A stretch of 64,000 nt of DNA, taken from the NCBI GenBank assembly GCA_002699445.1, contig PAAU01000020.1:2532-66531 (forward strand), read 5' to 3'. This document shows, piece after piece, positions 32,944 through 44,779 of this stretch (positions within the stretch are counted from its first letter, which is position 1; each line of letters starts with the position of its first letter). The notes under the pieces are model-generated. The model saw only the letters and a list, made by a program, of their open reading frames with translations. It was not told the origin of the DNA and made no database searches. This DNA comes from Micrococcales bacterium (GTDB lineage Bacteria > Actinomycetota > Actinomycetes > S36-B12 > GCA-2699445). Made by a program: the position numbers and the translations under genes.

Positions 32944-32996
32944 ATTACTCTTAGTCTCTTGTGTCACGACTAGTAACGATGATCACCCCTACCGTA
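32944..32996 (-). promoter_or_regulatory. bldD promoter with BldD-box-like sites
   Basis: GTCACGACTAGTAAC (32963-32977) fits TnAC-n5-GTnA; weaker copy at 32944-32958; minus-strand -10 TACGGT at 32996-32991. Confidence 0.5.
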
Positions 32997-33196
32997 CGTA
33001 GCGAAACCGAGTCAGCCAACACTGAGAGTGAGATATCGGTCACACTTGTACCGCCACGGGTCTTAACAGCCGCCTCGGATACCCCCTGAATGCCAGCGCT
33101 CATCGTTCGCATAGTGATCTTGGTCTGAGCGAGATCGACTTCACTGGCTTCGTACCGGTGGTCGGTCGCAGTGTCGGCGACTGTTATCGTGAATCA

Positions 33197-33233
33197 TCCT
33201 TTAACCAGTCGTCCTGTGAGGCGGCGAAGGAGG
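33197..33233 (+). promoter_or_regulatory. PyrR-binding RNA element overlapping the pyrR SD
   Basis: TCCTTTAA...CGTCCTGTGAGGCG..GAAGGAGG matches the PyrR binding-loop pattern; TCCTT can pair with AAGGA of the SD; -10-like TATCGT at 33185-33190. Confidence 0.85.
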
Positions 33234-33243
33234 TGGGCCAGCC

Positions 33244-33804
33244 ATGCCCGAACCTGCAGTAGGCCCAGTCGTACTCGACGCCGCGGACCTCAATCGTGCT
33301 CTTACTCGCATTTCGCACGAGATCATCGAATCTGCCCGAGGTGCGGATGACCTCATCATTCTTGGCATCCCGACCCGAGGCGCCGTATTGGCGCATCGTC
33401 TTGCCGAACGAATCTCAGCCGCCGAAGGGCTCGCAGTTCCCTCAGGGTCAATCGACATCACCATGTATCGCGATGACCTCAATATGCGGCCGGCTCGAGC
33501 ACTGGGCCACACTGTCATTCCTTCCCGAGGGGTTGATGGCAAAACCGTTGTCCTCGTTGACGATGTGCTTTTTTCGGGTCGAACAGTTCGAGCGGCTCTG
33601 GATGCGATTAACGATATTGGCCGACCGAGAGCGGTGAGATTGGCCGTCATCGTGGATCGGGGCCACCGAGAGTTACCGATTCGAGCCGATCATGTAGGGA
33701 AAAATCTGCCCACTCATCGTGGTGAAAGTGTGCGGGTTCGCTTGTCCGAAATCGATGGACAAGATGAAATCGTGTTGTTGCGGGACGCGGAAAAGCAGTC
33801 ATGA
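33244..33804 (+). CDS. pyrR: Bifunctional pyr operon regulator / uracil phosphoribosyltransferase
   Basis: Motifs [32 protein letters not shown] and [17 protein letters not shown]. Confidence 0.97.
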   Translation: MPEPAVGPVVLDAADLNRALTRISHEIIESARGADDLIILGIPTRGAVLAHRLAERISAAEGLAVPSGSIDITMYRDDLNMRPARALGHTVIPSRGVDGKTVVLVDDVLFSGRTVRAALDAINDIGRPRAVRLAVIVDRGHRELPIRADHVGKNLPTHRGESVRVRLSEIDGQDEIVLLRDAEKQS

Positions 33805-34754
33805 TCGAGCATCTGCTGTCGACCGCGGACCTCAGCCGTGATGATGCAGTTTTGATTCTGGATACCGCAGGGGAGATGGAGAATCTCACCGACCGCTCGG
33901 TAAAAAAGTTGCCCGCTTTGCGCGGACGCACTGTCGTCAACTTATTCTTCGAAGACTCCACCCGGACCAGGATCTCGTTCGAAGCCGCTGCGAAGAGATT
34001 GTCCGCTGACGTCATTAACTTCAGCGCCAAGGGTTCGAGCGTGTCCAAAGGAGAATCTCTAAAAGACACAGCTCTGACCTTGCAGGCTATGGGGGCAGAC
34101 GCGGTTGTGATTCGCCATGGGGCTTCGGGAGCTCCCATGCGCTTGGCCAGTGCCGGATGGATCGATGGAGCAGTGGTTAACGCGGGCGATGGTACCCATG
34201 AGCACCCAACGCAAGCCCTGTTGGATGCCTACACGATTCGTCGTCACTTGTGTGGCGGCTCAGGGGACCTAGCAGGGCTACGGGTCACTATCGTCGGCGA
34301 TGTCCTGCACAGTCGGGTAGCGCGATCTAACGCGTGGTTACTGCACACTTTGGGAGCGCAGGTGACCCTAGTGGCCCCACCTACTCTCGTTCCGGTTGGT
34401 GTCGATTCCTGGCCAGTGACTGTTTCCTACGACCTCGATACCGTGCTCCCGGAAACGGATGCAGTGATGATGCTGCGAGTTCAGGCCGAAAGGATGAACG
34501 CTGATTTCTTCCCTAGCACTCGGGAATACTCTCGTCGCTACGGTCTTGATGCTCAGCGTGCGGCTCTGCTGCCGCAGCGCTCCATCATCATGCATCCAGG
34601 TCCCATGGTACGCGGTATGGAGATTAGCGATGACATCGCGGATTCCGATCGAGCGGTGATCTTGGAGCAGGTCAGCAACGGGGTAAGTGTCCGGATGGCA
34701 GTGCTATACCTACTGGTGGGCGGCTCGCGTGAGGGAGCAGGAGAAACATCATGA
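33801..34754 (+). CDS. pyrB: Aspartate carbamoyltransferase catalytic subunit
   Basis: Motifs [23 protein letters not shown] and MHPGP. Confidence 0.97.
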   Translation: MIEHLLSTADLSRDDAVLILDTAGEMENLTDRSVKKLPALRGRTVVNLFFEDSTRTRISFEAAAKRLSADVINFSAKGSSVSKGESLKDTALTLQAMGADAVVIRHGASGAPMRLASAGWIDGAVVNAGDGTHEHPTQALLDAYTIRRHLCGGSGDLAGLRVTIVGDVLHSRVARSNAWLLHTLGAQVTLVAPPTLVPVGVDSWPVTVSYDLDTVLPETDAVMMLRVQAERMNADFFPSTREYSRRYGLDAQRAALLPQRSIIMHPGPMVRGMEISDDIADSDRAVILEQVSNGVSVRMAVLYLLVGGSREGAGETS

Positions 34755-36049
34755 CTGAGGAATATCTCCTAACGGGTGCTCGGCCGCTGGGTGGTGACCC
34801 GAGCGATATTTGGCTGCGAGATGGTCGGATTTCTCAGATCTCTCCGGCAGGTCAGCTCTCTGCCCCAGATGCAGAGTTGATCGATGCCAAAGGGCTTGTC
34901 GCACTGCCTGGTTTGGTAGATCTGCACGCTCACTTGCGTGAACCAGGTCGGGAAGATGCTGAAACAGTAGCCACTGGGACCGCTGCTGCCGCGCTAGGTG
35001 GTTTCACAGCGGTACATGCCATGGCTAATACTGATCCGGTTGCAGATACGGCGGGCGTTGTGGAGCAGGTTTATCGGCTGGGGCAAGCGGCCGGTTACTG
35101 CGATGTGAGACCTGTCGGTGCGGTGACAGAAGGTTTGGCCGGAGAGCATTTGGCTGAACTGGGTGCCATGGCTGATTCCAGTGCGGCCGTTCGTGTCTTC
35201 AGCGATGATGGCCACTGCGTTTCTAACTCGCTGCTTATGCGGCGAGCTTTGGAATATGTCAAAGCTTTTGACGGGGTGATAGCTCAACATGCCCAAGATC
35301 CAGATCTGACAGTTGCCGCTCAGATGAATGAAGGCAAGATGTCGGCACAACTTGGGCTACAGGGTTGGCCCGCCGTAGCAGAAGAAGCGATCATTGCCCG
35401 TGACGTACTGCTCGCGGATCATGTGGGATCTAGACTCCACGTCTGCCACGTGTCGACCGCTGGCAGTGTTGACCTCATCAGGCGCGCGAAAGAGCGAGGT
35501 ATCCAGGTGACGGCGGAGGTCACGCCGCACCATTTGCTGCTGACCGATGAACTAGTCGCTGGGTACGATCCAGTTTTCAAGGTGAATCCACCGCTTCGGA
35601 CCGAGGCTGACGTGATGGCGTTACGCGAAGGCTTAGCGGACGGCACGATCGATGTCGTTGCCACCGATCACGCACCGCACACTGGTGAGGATAAAGACTG
35701 CGAGTGGGCGGTGGCTGCGTTCGGCATGGTCGGGCTGCCAACCGCCCTGTCGGTGGTCCTGGCGACGATGGTGGAAACCGAATTGCTGAATTGGCAGGGG
35801 GTCGCGGAGCGTATGTCCGTGGTTCCAGCTCAGATTGGTCGAGTAAATGACCAGGGTCGGCCATTGGCCGAAGGGGAGCCCGCGAACCTCGTGCTTTTTG
35901 ATCCCGAGGCCCGTTGGACGGTGGATCCGGGTATCTTTCCAGGAGCTTCGCGCAACAGTCCCTTTAAGGAGATGGAGTTGCCCGGTCGTATCGTGAGTAC
36001 TTTCTATCGCGGCACCTCGACCGTTCGAGGCGGGGAGTTGCAGTGGTAA
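34751..36049 (+). CDS. pyrC: Dihydroorotase
   Basis: Motifs [29 protein letters not shown] and ATDHAPH. Confidence 0.96.
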   Translation: MTEEYLLTGARPLGGDPSDIWLRDGRISQISPAGQLSAPDAELIDAKGLVALPGLVDLHAHLREPGREDAETVATGTAAAALGGFTAVHAMANTDPVADTAGVVEQVYRLGQAAGYCDVRPVGAVTEGLAGEHLAELGAMADSSAAVRVFSDDGHCVSNSLLMRRALEYVKAFDGVIAQHAQDPDLTVAAQMNEGKMSAQLGLQGWPAVAEEAIIARDVLLADHVGSRLHVCHVSTAGSVDLIRRAKERGIQVTAEVTPHHLLLTDELVAGYDPVFKVNPPLRTEADVMALREGLADGTIDVVATDHAPHTGEDKDCEWAVAAFGMVGLPTALSVVLATMVETELLNWQGVAERMSVVPAQIGRVNDQGRPLAEGEPANLVLFDPEARWTVDPGIFPGASRNSPFKEMELPGRIVSTFYRGTSTVRGGELQW

Positions 36050-36594
36050 CTGCGCTCAGCGAACAGGCGGTGGTCACCGATTGGCCAACTCGTCTTTTGT
36101 TGACCGGAGCTACAGCCCTAGTCATAGTCTTCGCGCTTCTACTTCTGCGTAGAGGTTGGCGTCGCCGGGGAAACCGCCAAGAGTGGGCTGCCTTGCCAGA
36201 GGTTATTCAGTCATCGGCCTTGGCCGATGCCATATCGGGAAAGTACATCGGCACCGTACGAGCCGGCGACTGGTTAGATCGAATTGTTGCAGGCGGTGCG
36301 ATGGCCCGTTCCGCAGTGTCGCCGACGAAAGCCGGCCTCCTCCTCGATCGAGAGGGTGAACCGGCGCTGCTAATACCAGCAGCGAAAATCGAGGCCGTAG
36401 AGACTGCCCCGGGCATGCTGCAGAAGGTCTTCGGAGGACACGGCATCGTGGCGGTCACCTGGACTTGGGGCCAATCTAAAGTAGTAACCGGGATTTGGTT
36501 TGCTGATCCAATCGATCAGCAGTCAGTCATTGGGTGGATTGACGACTACGTGGGTAAACCGCCGGAAGCTCCGGTGCAGAGGGAGGATTCGTGA
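36043..36594 (+). CDS. Membrane-anchored PH-like domain protein of actinobacterial pyr clusters
   Basis: N-terminal TM, RGWRRR and [12 protein letters not shown]; conserved position between pyrC and carA. Confidence 0.8.
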   Translation: MVTALSEQAVVTDWPTRLLLTGATALVIVFALLLLRRGWRRRGNRQEWAALPEVIQSSALADAISGKYIGTVRAGDWLDRIVAGGAMARSAVSPTKAGLLLDREGEPALLIPAAKIEAVETAPGMLQKVFGGHGIVAVTWTWGQSKVVTGIWFADPIDQQSVIGWIDDYVGKPPEAPVQREDS

Positions 36595-37727
36595 TGAGCG
36601 AAGCAACGGAAGCAGTGTTGATGCTCGAAGATGGCACCTGTCTTCGAGGTCGCAGTTACGGTGCCGAGGGGGAGACGTTTGGGGAGGCTGTCTTCACGAC
36701 GGGAATGACCGGATACCAGGAGACGTTGACTGACCCGTCCTATCACCGCCAGGTGGTAATCCAGACTGCGCCACATATAGGCAACACCGGCATGAACGAT
36801 GAAGATGCCGAGTCCCGTCGTATCTGGGTATCGGGGTACGTGGTGAGAGATCCAGCGCCGCGATCGAGCAACTGGCGGTCTCGACGGGAACTCGTTGACG
36901 ATCTTGCCGGTTCTGGCGTTGTGGGGATCAGCGGCGTCGATACTCGCTCGCTCACTCGACATTTGCGTGATCGGGGGGCTATGCGAGTAGGTATCTTTTC
37001 GGGTGATCGGGTATCGAGTGAGACTGAACTACTCGCCCGCGTTCAGTCCAGCCCGAAGATGACTGGTGCCAACCTCACCGCGGATGTGACGACCCCACAG
37101 CCTTACGTGATTGAGCCCGACGGAGATCCGATCGGGACTGTAGCGGCTGTAGATCTGGGAATAAAAGCTATGACTCCGCATCGGATGGCCCAGCGTGGAC
37201 TCCGAGTCCACGTATTACCAGCGTCGATTAGTAGTGAGGACTTGCTTGCCACAAACGCGGATGGGTACTTCCTCTCGAATGGGCCAGGCGATCCAGCGAC
37301 AGCAGATCATGCGGTTGATCTGGTCAACTCAGTGCTGTCCGCAGATCTACCGCTGTTTGGCATCTGCTTTGGCAACCAGGTTTTCGGCCGGGCACTAGGG
37401 CTATCGACATACAAACTTAAATTCGGTCATCGTGGGATTAATCAGCCGGTCCTCGACAAAGCCACTGGACGGGTAGCAGTAACCGCACACAACCACGGGT
37501 TCGCGGTTGACGCCCCACTTGAAGGAAACTTTGCCACGCCCTACGGTCAGGCAGCGGTCAGTCACGTCTGCCTCAATGACAACGTCGTCGAGGGTCTTCG
37601 CTTGCAGAATGGTCGCGCCTTCAGCGTCCAGTACCACCCGGAAGCAGCGGCCGGTCCGCACGATGCCGCCTATCTCTTCGACAGATTCACCGATCTAGTC
37701 CAGGGAGGACGCAATGCCGCTGCGTGA
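36594..37727 (+). CDS. carA: Carbamoyl-phosphate synthase small subunit
   Basis: Motifs [30 protein letters not shown] and SVQYHPE. Alternative start GTG 36591. Confidence 0.97.
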   Translation: MSEATEAVLMLEDGTCLRGRSYGAEGETFGEAVFTTGMTGYQETLTDPSYHRQVVIQTAPHIGNTGMNDEDAESRRIWVSGYVVRDPAPRSSNWRSRRELVDDLAGSGVVGISGVDTRSLTRHLRDRGAMRVGIFSGDRVSSETELLARVQSSPKMTGANLTADVTTPQPYVIEPDGDPIGTVAAVDLGIKAMTPHRMAQRGLRVHVLPASISSEDLLATNADGYFLSNGPGDPATADHAVDLVNSVLSADLPLFGICFGNQVFGRALGLSTYKLKFGHRGINQPVLDKATGRVAVTAHNHGFAVDAPLEGNFATPYGQAAVSHVCLNDNVVEGLRLQNGRAFSVQYHPEAAAGPHDAAYLFDRFTDLVQGGRNAAA

Positions 37728-40700
37728 AGATATTTCCTCAATAATGGTGATCGGGTCCGGCCCGATTGTTATCGGTCAGGCCTGTGAGTTTGATTATTCC
37801 GGTACTCAGGCTTGTCGGGTACTCAAGGCAGAAGGACTGCGCGTTGTCCTGGTCAACAGCAACCCGGCCACGATCATGACTGACCCAGAGTTTGCTGATG
37901 CGACCTACGTTGAGCCGATCACGATAGATGTCTTGGAACGGATCATTGCCAAAGAGCGTCCGGACGCTTTACTGCCTACCTTAGGTGGCCAAACCGCGTT
38001 GAATGCGGCGACTGCCCTAGACCGAGCGGGCATCCTAACGAAATACGACGTGGAACTCGTCGGTGCAGACATTGATGCGATTGAACGGGGCGAGAATCGT
38101 GAAGAATTTCGCGAAATTGTGGCCTCCATCGGAGCGGAGTCAGCACTCAGCCGGATCTGCCACACTCTGGATGAATGTCTTGCGGCAGCGGAAGAGTTGC
38201 ACTACCCGGTTGTCGTGCGTCCGTCGTTCACCATGGGCGGGGCAGGGTCGGGATTTGCGTATGACCCCGATGGTCTGCGGCGGATTGCGGGGGCCGGACT
38301 CATGGCCAGTCCTACCACCGAAGTTTTGCTCGAGGAATCTATTCTCGGATGGAAAGAGTACGAACTGGAGTTGATGAGAGATAAGCACGACAACGTGGTG
38401 GTCGTTTGCTCGATTGAGAACCTCGACCCCATGGGTGTACACACGGGTGACTCCATCACTGTGGCGCCGTCGCTCACCCTCACCGATCGCGAATACCAGC
38501 GATTGCGTGACATTGGTATCGACATCATCCGTGCCGTGGGAGTCGACACGGGTGGCTGTAATATTCAGTTCGCAGTCAACCCAGCCGATGGCAGAATTAT
38601 CGTCATCGAAATGAATCCACGTGTCAGTCGGTCCAGCGCTCTAGCAAGTAAAGCCACGGGCTTCCCGATCGCCAAGATTGCCGCTCGACTCGCAGTCGGC
38701 TACACCCTTGATGAGATCCCGAACGACATCACTGCGGAAACTCCGGCTTCTTTCGAACCGGCACTGGACTACATAGTGGTGAAAGTGCCACGGTTCGCCT
38801 TCGAGAAGTTCCCCGGATCCGACGAAGTGCTAACTACCACTATGAAGAGTGTTGGCGAGGCTATGGCGATTGGCCGAAACTTCACGGAAGCGCTGCAAAA
38901 GGCGTTGCGATCCTTGGAACGACCCGAGGCTCAGTTCTCTTGGGTAGGTCAGGCGCCCACCGACTATGTCGCTCTGCTGGAAGAGGCCAGGATCCCGCGC
39001 GATGGCCGCTTGCGACTCGTACAACAGGCCCTCTGGGGCGGAGCCAGCGTCGAAGAAACCCATAGTGCTACCGGAATCGATCCTTGGTTCCTCGACCAGA
39101 TCGCTGTGCTCAATGACATTGCCAACCGGATGGGCAGCGCCGGAGTCCTCCGAGAGGATCTGGTAGCCGAAGCTAAGCGGCACGGCTTTTCAGATGCTCA
39201 GATTGGGGGAATCGTAGGTTTGCCAGAGCCGGTCGTGCGGGGAGTACGGCAAGCATTGGGAATTCGGCCGGTCTATAAGACCGTGGATACCTGCGCGGCA
39301 GAGTTTGCGGCTCGGACCCCGTACCACTACTCCAGTTACGACAGCGAAACTGAGGTTGAACCGGGCGAGCGGCGAAAGGTCATGATTCTCGGTTCTGGAC
39401 CGAATCGCATCGGTCAAGGTATCGAGTTCGACTATTCCTGTGTGCACGCGGCGCTCACCCTGCGAGAGCAGGGGTACGAAACGATCATGGTCAACTGCAA
39501 TCCAGAGACTGTTTCGACCGATTACGACACTTCAGATCGACTGTATTTCGAGCCACTGACCCTTGAGGATGTTCTCGAGATCTATCACGCAGAGAGTCAG
39601 ACTGGTGAGGTTGTCGGAGTCATCGTTCAGTTAGGCGGTCAAACTCCGCTGGGGTTGGCTCAGTCGCTGAAGGACCTCGGTCTACCGGTGGTGGGTACGC
39701 CACCAGAATCAATCCACCTGGCCGAGGAACGTGGAGCCTTTGGGCGGGTCCTGGCGGAAGTCGATCTTCCCTCGCCCAAACATGGAACCGCCTTTTCCTT
39801 CGAGGAGGCCAGCACAATCGCCAATGAAATTGGGTACCCGGTTCTGGTTCGTCCATCGTATGTTCTGGGTGGTCGAGGAATGGAAATCGTCTACGACGAC
39901 GAGATGCTTGCCGGGTTCTTGCAGCGGGCTACGGAACTGAATCCTGACCATCCGGTACTCGTGGATCGTTTCCTCGACGATGCGATTGAGATAGACGTCG
40001 ACGCGCTCTTCGATGGTGAGGAGTTGTACCTGGGCGGCATCATGGAACATATCGAGGAGGCCGGAATTCACTCCGGCGATTCCGCGTGTTCGCTGCCCCC
40101 TATCACTTTGGGACCGGCGGAAGTGGACCGTATTCGACGTTCCACACAGGATCTAGCGGCCGGTATCGGGGTACGCGGTTTGATGAACATTCAATACGCG
40201 TTGTTTGGCGATGTTTTGTATGTTTTGGAAGCTAACCCGCGCGCCTCTCGGACAGTGCCCTTTGTCTCTAAAGCGACAGCTGTGCCGCTGGCAAAAGCAG
40301 CAGCACGAGTAATGATGGGGGAGTCGATCGCTCAGCTACGAGAAGAAGGTGTCTTGCCCCGCGAGGGTGACGGGGGGTCGCTGCCTATCGGATCGCCGAT
40401 TGCAGTGAAGGAAGCAGTATTACCGTTTGGACGCTTCCACGGAGTCGATACCGTGCTAAGTCCAGAAATGCGTTCCACTGGTGAAGTGATGGGGATTGAC
40501 TCCTCATTTGGAACTGCCTTTGCTAAGTCGCAAGCAGGCGCCTACTCCGGCGGATTACCCAACTCCGGTCGGGCTTTGGTCAGCGTCGCGAATCGTGATA
40601 AAAGAGCTATGATTTTTCCGCTCAAACGGCTCGCCGATTTGGGCTTCGAGATCCTGGCGACCGAGGGAACTGCTGAAATCCTTCGTCGCAATGGTCTAAA

Positions 40701-41007
40701 GGTCGGTCTAGTGCGAAAAAATCGGGACGGTGCGGGTCCGAATGGGGAGCCGACGACGGTGCAAGCGATCATGTCTGGCGATGTAGATCTTATCGTGAAC
40801 ACTCCGTTCGGTGTTGGCACGCGGTTAGACGGCTATGAGATTCGAACCGCTGCAGTGACTCGAGGAGTACCGTGCATTACTACTACTGCTGGACTGGCCG
40901 CTGCCGTTCAAGGGATTGAGGCGCAGCGAGATTCCGAAATTGGAGTGCGCTCGCTACAAGAGCACGCCTCCGATATTGAAGCGCTACGTAGACAGGAGTT
41001 CGGGTGA
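37714..41007 (+). CDS. carB: Carbamoyl-phosphate synthase large subunit
   Basis: Motifs [35 protein letters not shown] and [13 protein letters not shown]; C-terminal MGS domain. Confidence 0.98.
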   Translation: MPLREDISSIMVIGSGPIVIGQACEFDYSGTQACRVLKAEGLRVVLVNSNPATIMTDPEFADATYVEPITIDVLERIIAKERPDALLPTLGGQTALNAATALDRAGILTKYDVELVGADIDAIERGENREEFREIVASIGAESALSRICHTLDECLAAAEELHYPVVVRPSFTMGGAGSGFAYDPDGLRRIAGAGLMASPTTEVLLEESILGWKEYELELMRDKHDNVVVVCSIENLDPMGVHTGDSITVAPSLTLTDREYQRLRDIGIDIIRAVGVDTGGCNIQFAVNPADGRIIVIEMNPRVSRSSALASKATGFPIAKIAARLAVGYTLDEIPNDITAETPASFEPALDYIVVKVPRFAFEKFPGSDEVLTTTMKSVGEAMAIGRNFTEALQKALRSLERPEAQFSWVGQAPTDYVALLEEARIPRDGRLRLVQQALWGGASVEETHSATGIDPWFLDQIAVLNDIANRMGSAGVLREDLVAEAKRHGFSDAQIGGIVGLPEPVVRGVRQALGIRPVYKTVDTCAAEFAARTPYHYSSYDSETEVEPGERRKVMILGSGPNRIGQGIEFDYSCVHAALTLREQGYETIMVNCNPETVSTDYDTSDRLYFEPLTLEDVLEIYHAESQTGEVVGVIVQLGGQTPLGLAQSLKDLGLPVVGTPPESIHLAEERGAFGRVLAEVDLPSPKHGTAFSFEEASTIANEIGYPVLVRPSYVLGGRGMEIVYDDEMLAGFLQRATELNPDHPVLVDRFLDDAIEIDVDALFDGEELYLGGIMEHIEEAGIHSGDSACSLPPITLGPAEVDRIRRSTQDLAAGIGVRGLMNIQYALFGDVLYVLEANPRASRTVPFVSKATAVPLAKAAARVMMGESIAQLREEGVLPREGDGGSLPIGSPIAVKEAVLPFGRFHGVDTVLSPEMRSTGEVMGIDSSFGTAFAKSQAGAYSGGLPNSGRALVSVANRDKRAMIFPLKRLADLGFEILATEGTAEILRRNGLKVGLVRKNRDGAGPNGEPTTVQAIMSGDVDLIVNTPFGVGTRLDGYEIRTAAVTRGVPCITTTAGLAAAVQGIEAQRDSEIGVRSLQEHASDIEALRRQEFG

Positions 41008-41837
41008 GCCAGGCGGGCCAATGGACCGCCACGGTGATGGCCAGGCGAGACACTGGTGACTACGCGGTAGTCACGTTATCTGCTGGAACTGACACCTCAG
41101 CTGCGCGGGCCGGACAGTTTGCGTCGGTACGGGTGGCAGGTCCGGATTCTGCGCTATTACTTCGGCGGGCGATGTGGATCGGAGAAGCCACCTCGAGTGG
41201 CCGCGACGGTGGCACAATCGAGGTTGTCGCTGACCGCGGTGAGCCAGGTGGCGCGTGGTTGGCAGCTCAGCCTCAGTCCGCCCGAGTGGATGTGATTGGA
41301 CCATTAGGTCGCCCCTTTTCGTTGCCACGGGATCCGACCCACTGCCTGTTGATTGGATTTGGAGCCGCAACGGCAGCCTTAGTGAAGCTGTCTGAAGAAC
41401 TCGTTGCCCGCGGCTGCCGAGTGAGATTCTTGCTTTTGGGTCAAGCTGCGGCTTTCGGTGTGTTAGCGGCCCGTCGGTTCAGTTCCGAAATCGTCGATAG
41501 CTCCGGCCGATCCATTGACCCGCGTGAGGCTGTGCTCGATCAACTCGATGACTCGGTGGAGGTCGTGTACTCCGCGGGACTTGCAGAGCAGCTGCGTCCG
41601 TTGGGTCAGATAGTGACTGAAATGGGGGTGGCGCATCAGACTGCGGTTGAGACGCCATTGGTATGCGGTAGCCGCACCTGCACCTTGTGCGCCCTTCCAG
41701 TGCGAGGACGCGACGGTGTCACCCGTATGGTTCGTGCGTGCACGGAAGGGCCGGTATTTCGAGCTGACTTAGTGCGCTGGGATGACCTCGGTACGGTTCC
41801 TGGCGATTGCCTGGGCGCGGGTGAGGAGGCTCGATGA
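41004..41837 (+). CDS. pyrK: Dihydroorotate dehydrogenase electron-transfer subunit (PyrK-like), divergent
   Basis: GQF..LLRR, GPLGRPF and [2Fe-2S] cysteines CGSRTCTLC...RACTEGPVF; lies upstream of pyrD. Confidence 0.82.
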   Translation: MSQAGQWTATVMARRDTGDYAVVTLSAGTDTSAARAGQFASVRVAGPDSALLLRRAMWIGEATSSGRDGGTIEVVADRGEPGGAWLAAQPQSARVDVIGPLGRPFSLPRDPTHCLLIGFGAATAALVKLSEELVARGCRVRFLLLGQAAAFGVLAARRFSSEIVDSSGRSIDPREAVLDQLDDSVEVVYSAGLAEQLRPLGQIVTEMGVAHQTAVETPLVCGSRTCTLCALPVRGRDGVTRMVRACTEGPVFRADLVRWDDLGTVPGDCLGAGEEAR

Positions 41838-42760
41838 CTGACGCGGTCGATCTTGCTGGTCAACTTTTCGCTAACCGAGTCTTCGCGGCAGCGGGGTGCG
41901 CAGGAACCGGTCGGGAGTTACCCCCACAGGCCGATTTAGCTGGATTGGGCGCAGTCATCACTCGGAGCATTACCCCGGAGGCACGCGCTGGACTAGCCGC
42001 ACCACGGCTAGCTGAGACACCAAGCGGACTTGTCAACGCCTTGGGGCTACCAGGTCCTGGAGTTGAGGGTTTTCTCGCTGACGAGTTGCCCTGGCTCGTT
42101 GAACACGGTGCGGCGGTCATCGTGTCGATCGCTGCCGAATCTGCTGCGGATTATGCGCGTCTAGCGCAGCGGCTACGCCAGGTCACGGGAATTGTTGCGG
42201 TAGAGGTCAACTTATCTAATCCGGTGACGGATTCTGGACGACTGCCGGTTGCCATGGACGCTGGCCTAGCAGGTGGCGTAGTTCATGCTGTTCGTCGTAA
42301 CACGGCGGCTGGAATTCCAGTTCTTGCCAAGTTGGCGGGGGATACCACTGACGTTGTGGCGGTTGCGAGGGCATGCGCTGGCGCGGGCGCCGACGGTGTC
42401 TCCTTGATTAATGCGGTGAGAGGTATGGGAATCGATGTGGCTACCGGACAGCCGTCATTGGGTGCTTGGCTAGGTGGGCTTTCGGGCCCAGCGATAAAGC
42501 CGATTGCCTTGCGCGCGGTGTGGGAAGTGCATGCTGCCCTACCCGAGCTCCCGATCATTGCAAGTGGTGGAGTGCGGACCGGAACCGATGCAGCCGAGAT
42601 GATGATGGCAGGTGCAAGTGCCGTTTCTATCGGTACCGCGTTGCTCACGGACCCGGCCGCGGGGGCTCGCATTCGAGAAGAACTAGCGGTGATCGCTGCC
42701 CAGCGCGAGGGCGGGTATGCGGGCCTTCTAGGATGCGCACATCGGGAGGTCACGGCATGA
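41834..42760 (+). CDS. pyrD: Class 1B dihydroorotate dehydrogenase catalytic-subunit homolog lacking the catalytic Cys
   Basis: RLAETPSGLVNALGL, GGLSGPAIKPIAL and GASAVSIGTA present; EVNLSNPV stands in place of ExNxSCPN. Confidence 0.82.
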   Translation: MTDAVDLAGQLFANRVFAAAGCAGTGRELPPQADLAGLGAVITRSITPEARAGLAAPRLAETPSGLVNALGLPGPGVEGFLADELPWLVEHGAAVIVSIAAESAADYARLAQRLRQVTGIVAVEVNLSNPVTDSGRLPVAMDAGLAGGVVHAVRRNTAAGIPVLAKLAGDTTDVVAVARACAGAGADGVSLINAVRGMGIDVATGQPSLGAWLGGLSGPAIKPIALRAVWEVHAALPELPIIASGGVRTGTDAAEMMMAGASAVSIGTALLTDPAAGARIREELAVIAAQREGGYAGLLGCAHREVTA

Positions 42761-43452
42761 CGTCAATCAATGGGCTCGCGGTGGCCCTCGACACTGTGAC
42801 AGTCGAAGAGGCAAGTGATTGGGCTGCAGCTGTAGCCCCGCACGCTGAACTCATTAAGTTAGGTTTGGAGTTTTTTCTGCGGAATGGGGCCGTCGGAGTG
42901 GCCACCGTCAGAGAGGCGGCACCAGACTGTGGTCTCTTTCTGGACCTAAAGCTGCACGATATCCCTGCGACAGTCGCGGGTGGGGCTCGCGCCGTGGCAG
43001 CTTTGGAGCCGGAGGTGTTGACCGTCCATGCGGCTGGCGGTGCCGATATGGTGACGGCCGCCGCCACGGAACTCCCGAATACAATTATTGCCGCGGTCAC
43101 TGTCCTGACGTCGCTCAGCGCTGCAGATCTGGCGGAACTCGGAGTGCCTGACTCAGAAACCCTAGTTCCACGTTGGGCCACGACAGCAGTATCGGCAGGC
43201 GCGCGGGCAATCGTTTCCTCGGCTCGCGAAGTGGCAGCTATCCGTGCGGCAGTAAAGCCCGAAGTGGCATTGATCACCCCAGGAATCCGACCTTTGGGTG
43301 CGAGCAGCGACGATCAGGCTCGGGTGGCTACTCCGAAGCGAGCAATCGAGGCAGGGGCCAATGTTCTTGTTGTAGGTCGTCCGATCACGCAAGCGGTTGA
43401 TCCAGCACAAGCTGCGGCGGCCTTAGCTGCTGAGATCAGAGACGCGCGATGA
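42757..43452 (+). CDS. pyrF: Orotidine-5'-phosphate decarboxylase
   Basis: Motifs VALD, KLGLE, DLKLHDIPATV, VTVLTS, TPGIRP and VVGRPIT; ATGA overlap at 42757. Confidence 0.95.
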   Translation: MTSINGLAVALDTVTVEEASDWAAAVAPHAELIKLGLEFFLRNGAVGVATVREAAPDCGLFLDLKLHDIPATVAGGARAVAALEPEVLTVHAAGGADMVTAAATELPNTIIAAVTVLTSLSAADLAELGVPDSETLVPRWATTAVSAGARAIVSSAREVAAIRAAVKPEVALITPGIRPLGASSDDQARVATPKRAIEAGANVLVVGRPITQAVDPAQAAAALAAEIRDAR

Positions 43453-43781
43453 GTGCAGATAAACGTCCACCAATCATCAGCGAGCAGCAGCGGGCCGTTG
43501 GTAGGCAGGCTGCCGTTGCGGGGCGTCGGTTGCGAGCAACGCTAAAGCAGGAACTGCGACAGGGGCGCATTGAGTTCGAGGACATCTTGCGAATAGCGCG
43601 ACGCGACGATGAGCGGGGTCGAGCTGCGATCCGACTGCGGGTGGGAGAAGTTCTCCTAGCCTTACCGGGGATGGGACCGGCGCAAGCAGAACAGCTGTTA
43701 GCCAGGACTGAAATCAGTGGGCAACGTCGGATCGGTCAACTGGGTGAACGGCAGCGGGAACGCTTGGAATCTGGACTATGA
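43449..43781 (+). CDS. mihF: Actinobacterial integration host factor (mIHF/sIHF)-like protein, divergent
   Basis: EQQR...AAVAGRR.RA.LK, V.EVLLALPGMG..QA and RRIGQLGERQR; canonical position between pyrF and gmk. Confidence 0.78.
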   Translation: MSADKRPPIISEQQRAVGRQAAVAGRRLRATLKQELRQGRIEFEDILRIARRDDERGRAAIRLRVGEVLLALPGMGPAQAEQLLARTEISGQRRIGQLGERQRERLESGL

Positions 43782-44335
43782 CTGGTCGCCTCATTGTCAT
43801 TAGCGGCCCATCCGGGGTAGGTAAGGGAACGGTGATCGCCGAAATACTTCGACGTCGACCAGATATTTGGCTCTCCGTTTCGACCACAACGCGTGTGCCT
43901 CGGCCTGGCGAACAGGATGGTCGTGAATATTTCTTTGTCTCCGAGGAAAAGTTCACTGAGATCATCGAGAACAGGGGGTTTCTGGAATGGGCCCGCTACG
44001 CCGGTAACCTCTACGGCACCCAACGCGATCCTGTGGCTCAACGTAAGTCAGTGGGAACTTCAGTGTTACTAGAGATCGATTTGGCGGGCGCCCGGCAAAT
44101 TCGTCGAAATGATCCGGATGCCTTGCTGGTATTTATTTCACCGCCTGATGAGGAGGAGTTAGAGCGTCGGCTGCTCGGTCGGGGCACTGAATCGTCCTAC
44201 GTGGCGCGGGATCGATTGGCGCGAGCCAAGGATGAAATTGCTGCTTCTGGAGAGTTCGATCGGGTCTTGGTGAACTCGGAGGTATCGGCAACTGCAGATG
44301 AGTTGCTAGCATGGTGTGAAAGCTCAGGAGCCTGA
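43778..44335 (+). CDS. gmk: Guanylate kinase
   Basis: Motifs SGPSGVGKGT, SVSTTTRVPRPGE.DG and YGT. Confidence 0.96.
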   Translation: MTGRLIVISGPSGVGKGTVIAEILRRRPDIWLSVSTTTRVPRPGEQDGREYFFVSEEKFTEIIENRGFLEWARYAGNLYGTQRDPVAQRKSVGTSVLLEIDLAGARQIRRNDPDALLVFISPPDEEELERRLLGRGTESSYVARDRLARAKDEIAASGEFDRVLVNSEVSATADELLAWCESSGA

Positions 44336-44405
44336 GCACCGGTCTCACGCAGGGCACACCAGCTATTGAGCCCAGCGAACGCAACATCGGAAGGCGACCG
44401 AAACC

Positions 44406-44771
44406 ATGTCTACTAGACCCCAAGGCATTACTCACCCCTCGATTGATGAGCTGCTGCAATCTACCGAGTCGAAGTATTCGTTGGTCATCTACGCCGCCCG
44501 ACGTGCGCGGCAGATCACCGGCTACTACTCCCAGATGGGTGACTACCTGCTGGAATACGTAGGTCCGCTCGTAGAGACCCAGCCGCAAGAGAAGCCCATG
44601 AGTATCGCGATGCGCGAGATTCACGCAGGTCTGCTCGTCGCCAGTGTGGATGAAGGTGGCGAAGCTGACGCTGACGCAGAAGAAGTTGTGGAAGTAAAGG
44701 TCGACGATGTTCCTGCGGGGGAGCCTGAGCTCGTCGCCATTGATACCGCTGAAATCACCGAGGACGACTGA
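44406..44771 (+). CDS. rpoZ: RNA polymerase omega subunit with acidic C-terminal tail
   Basis: [27 protein letters not shown] and EYVGPLV...[11 protein letters not shown]. Confidence 0.95.
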   Translation: MSTRPQGITHPSIDELLQSTESKYSLVIYAARRARQITGYYSQMGDYLLEYVGPLVETQPQEKPMSIAMREIHAGLLVASVDEGGEADADAEEVVEVKVDDVPAGEPELVAIDTAEITEDD

Positions 44772-44779
44772 CTCCGCCC

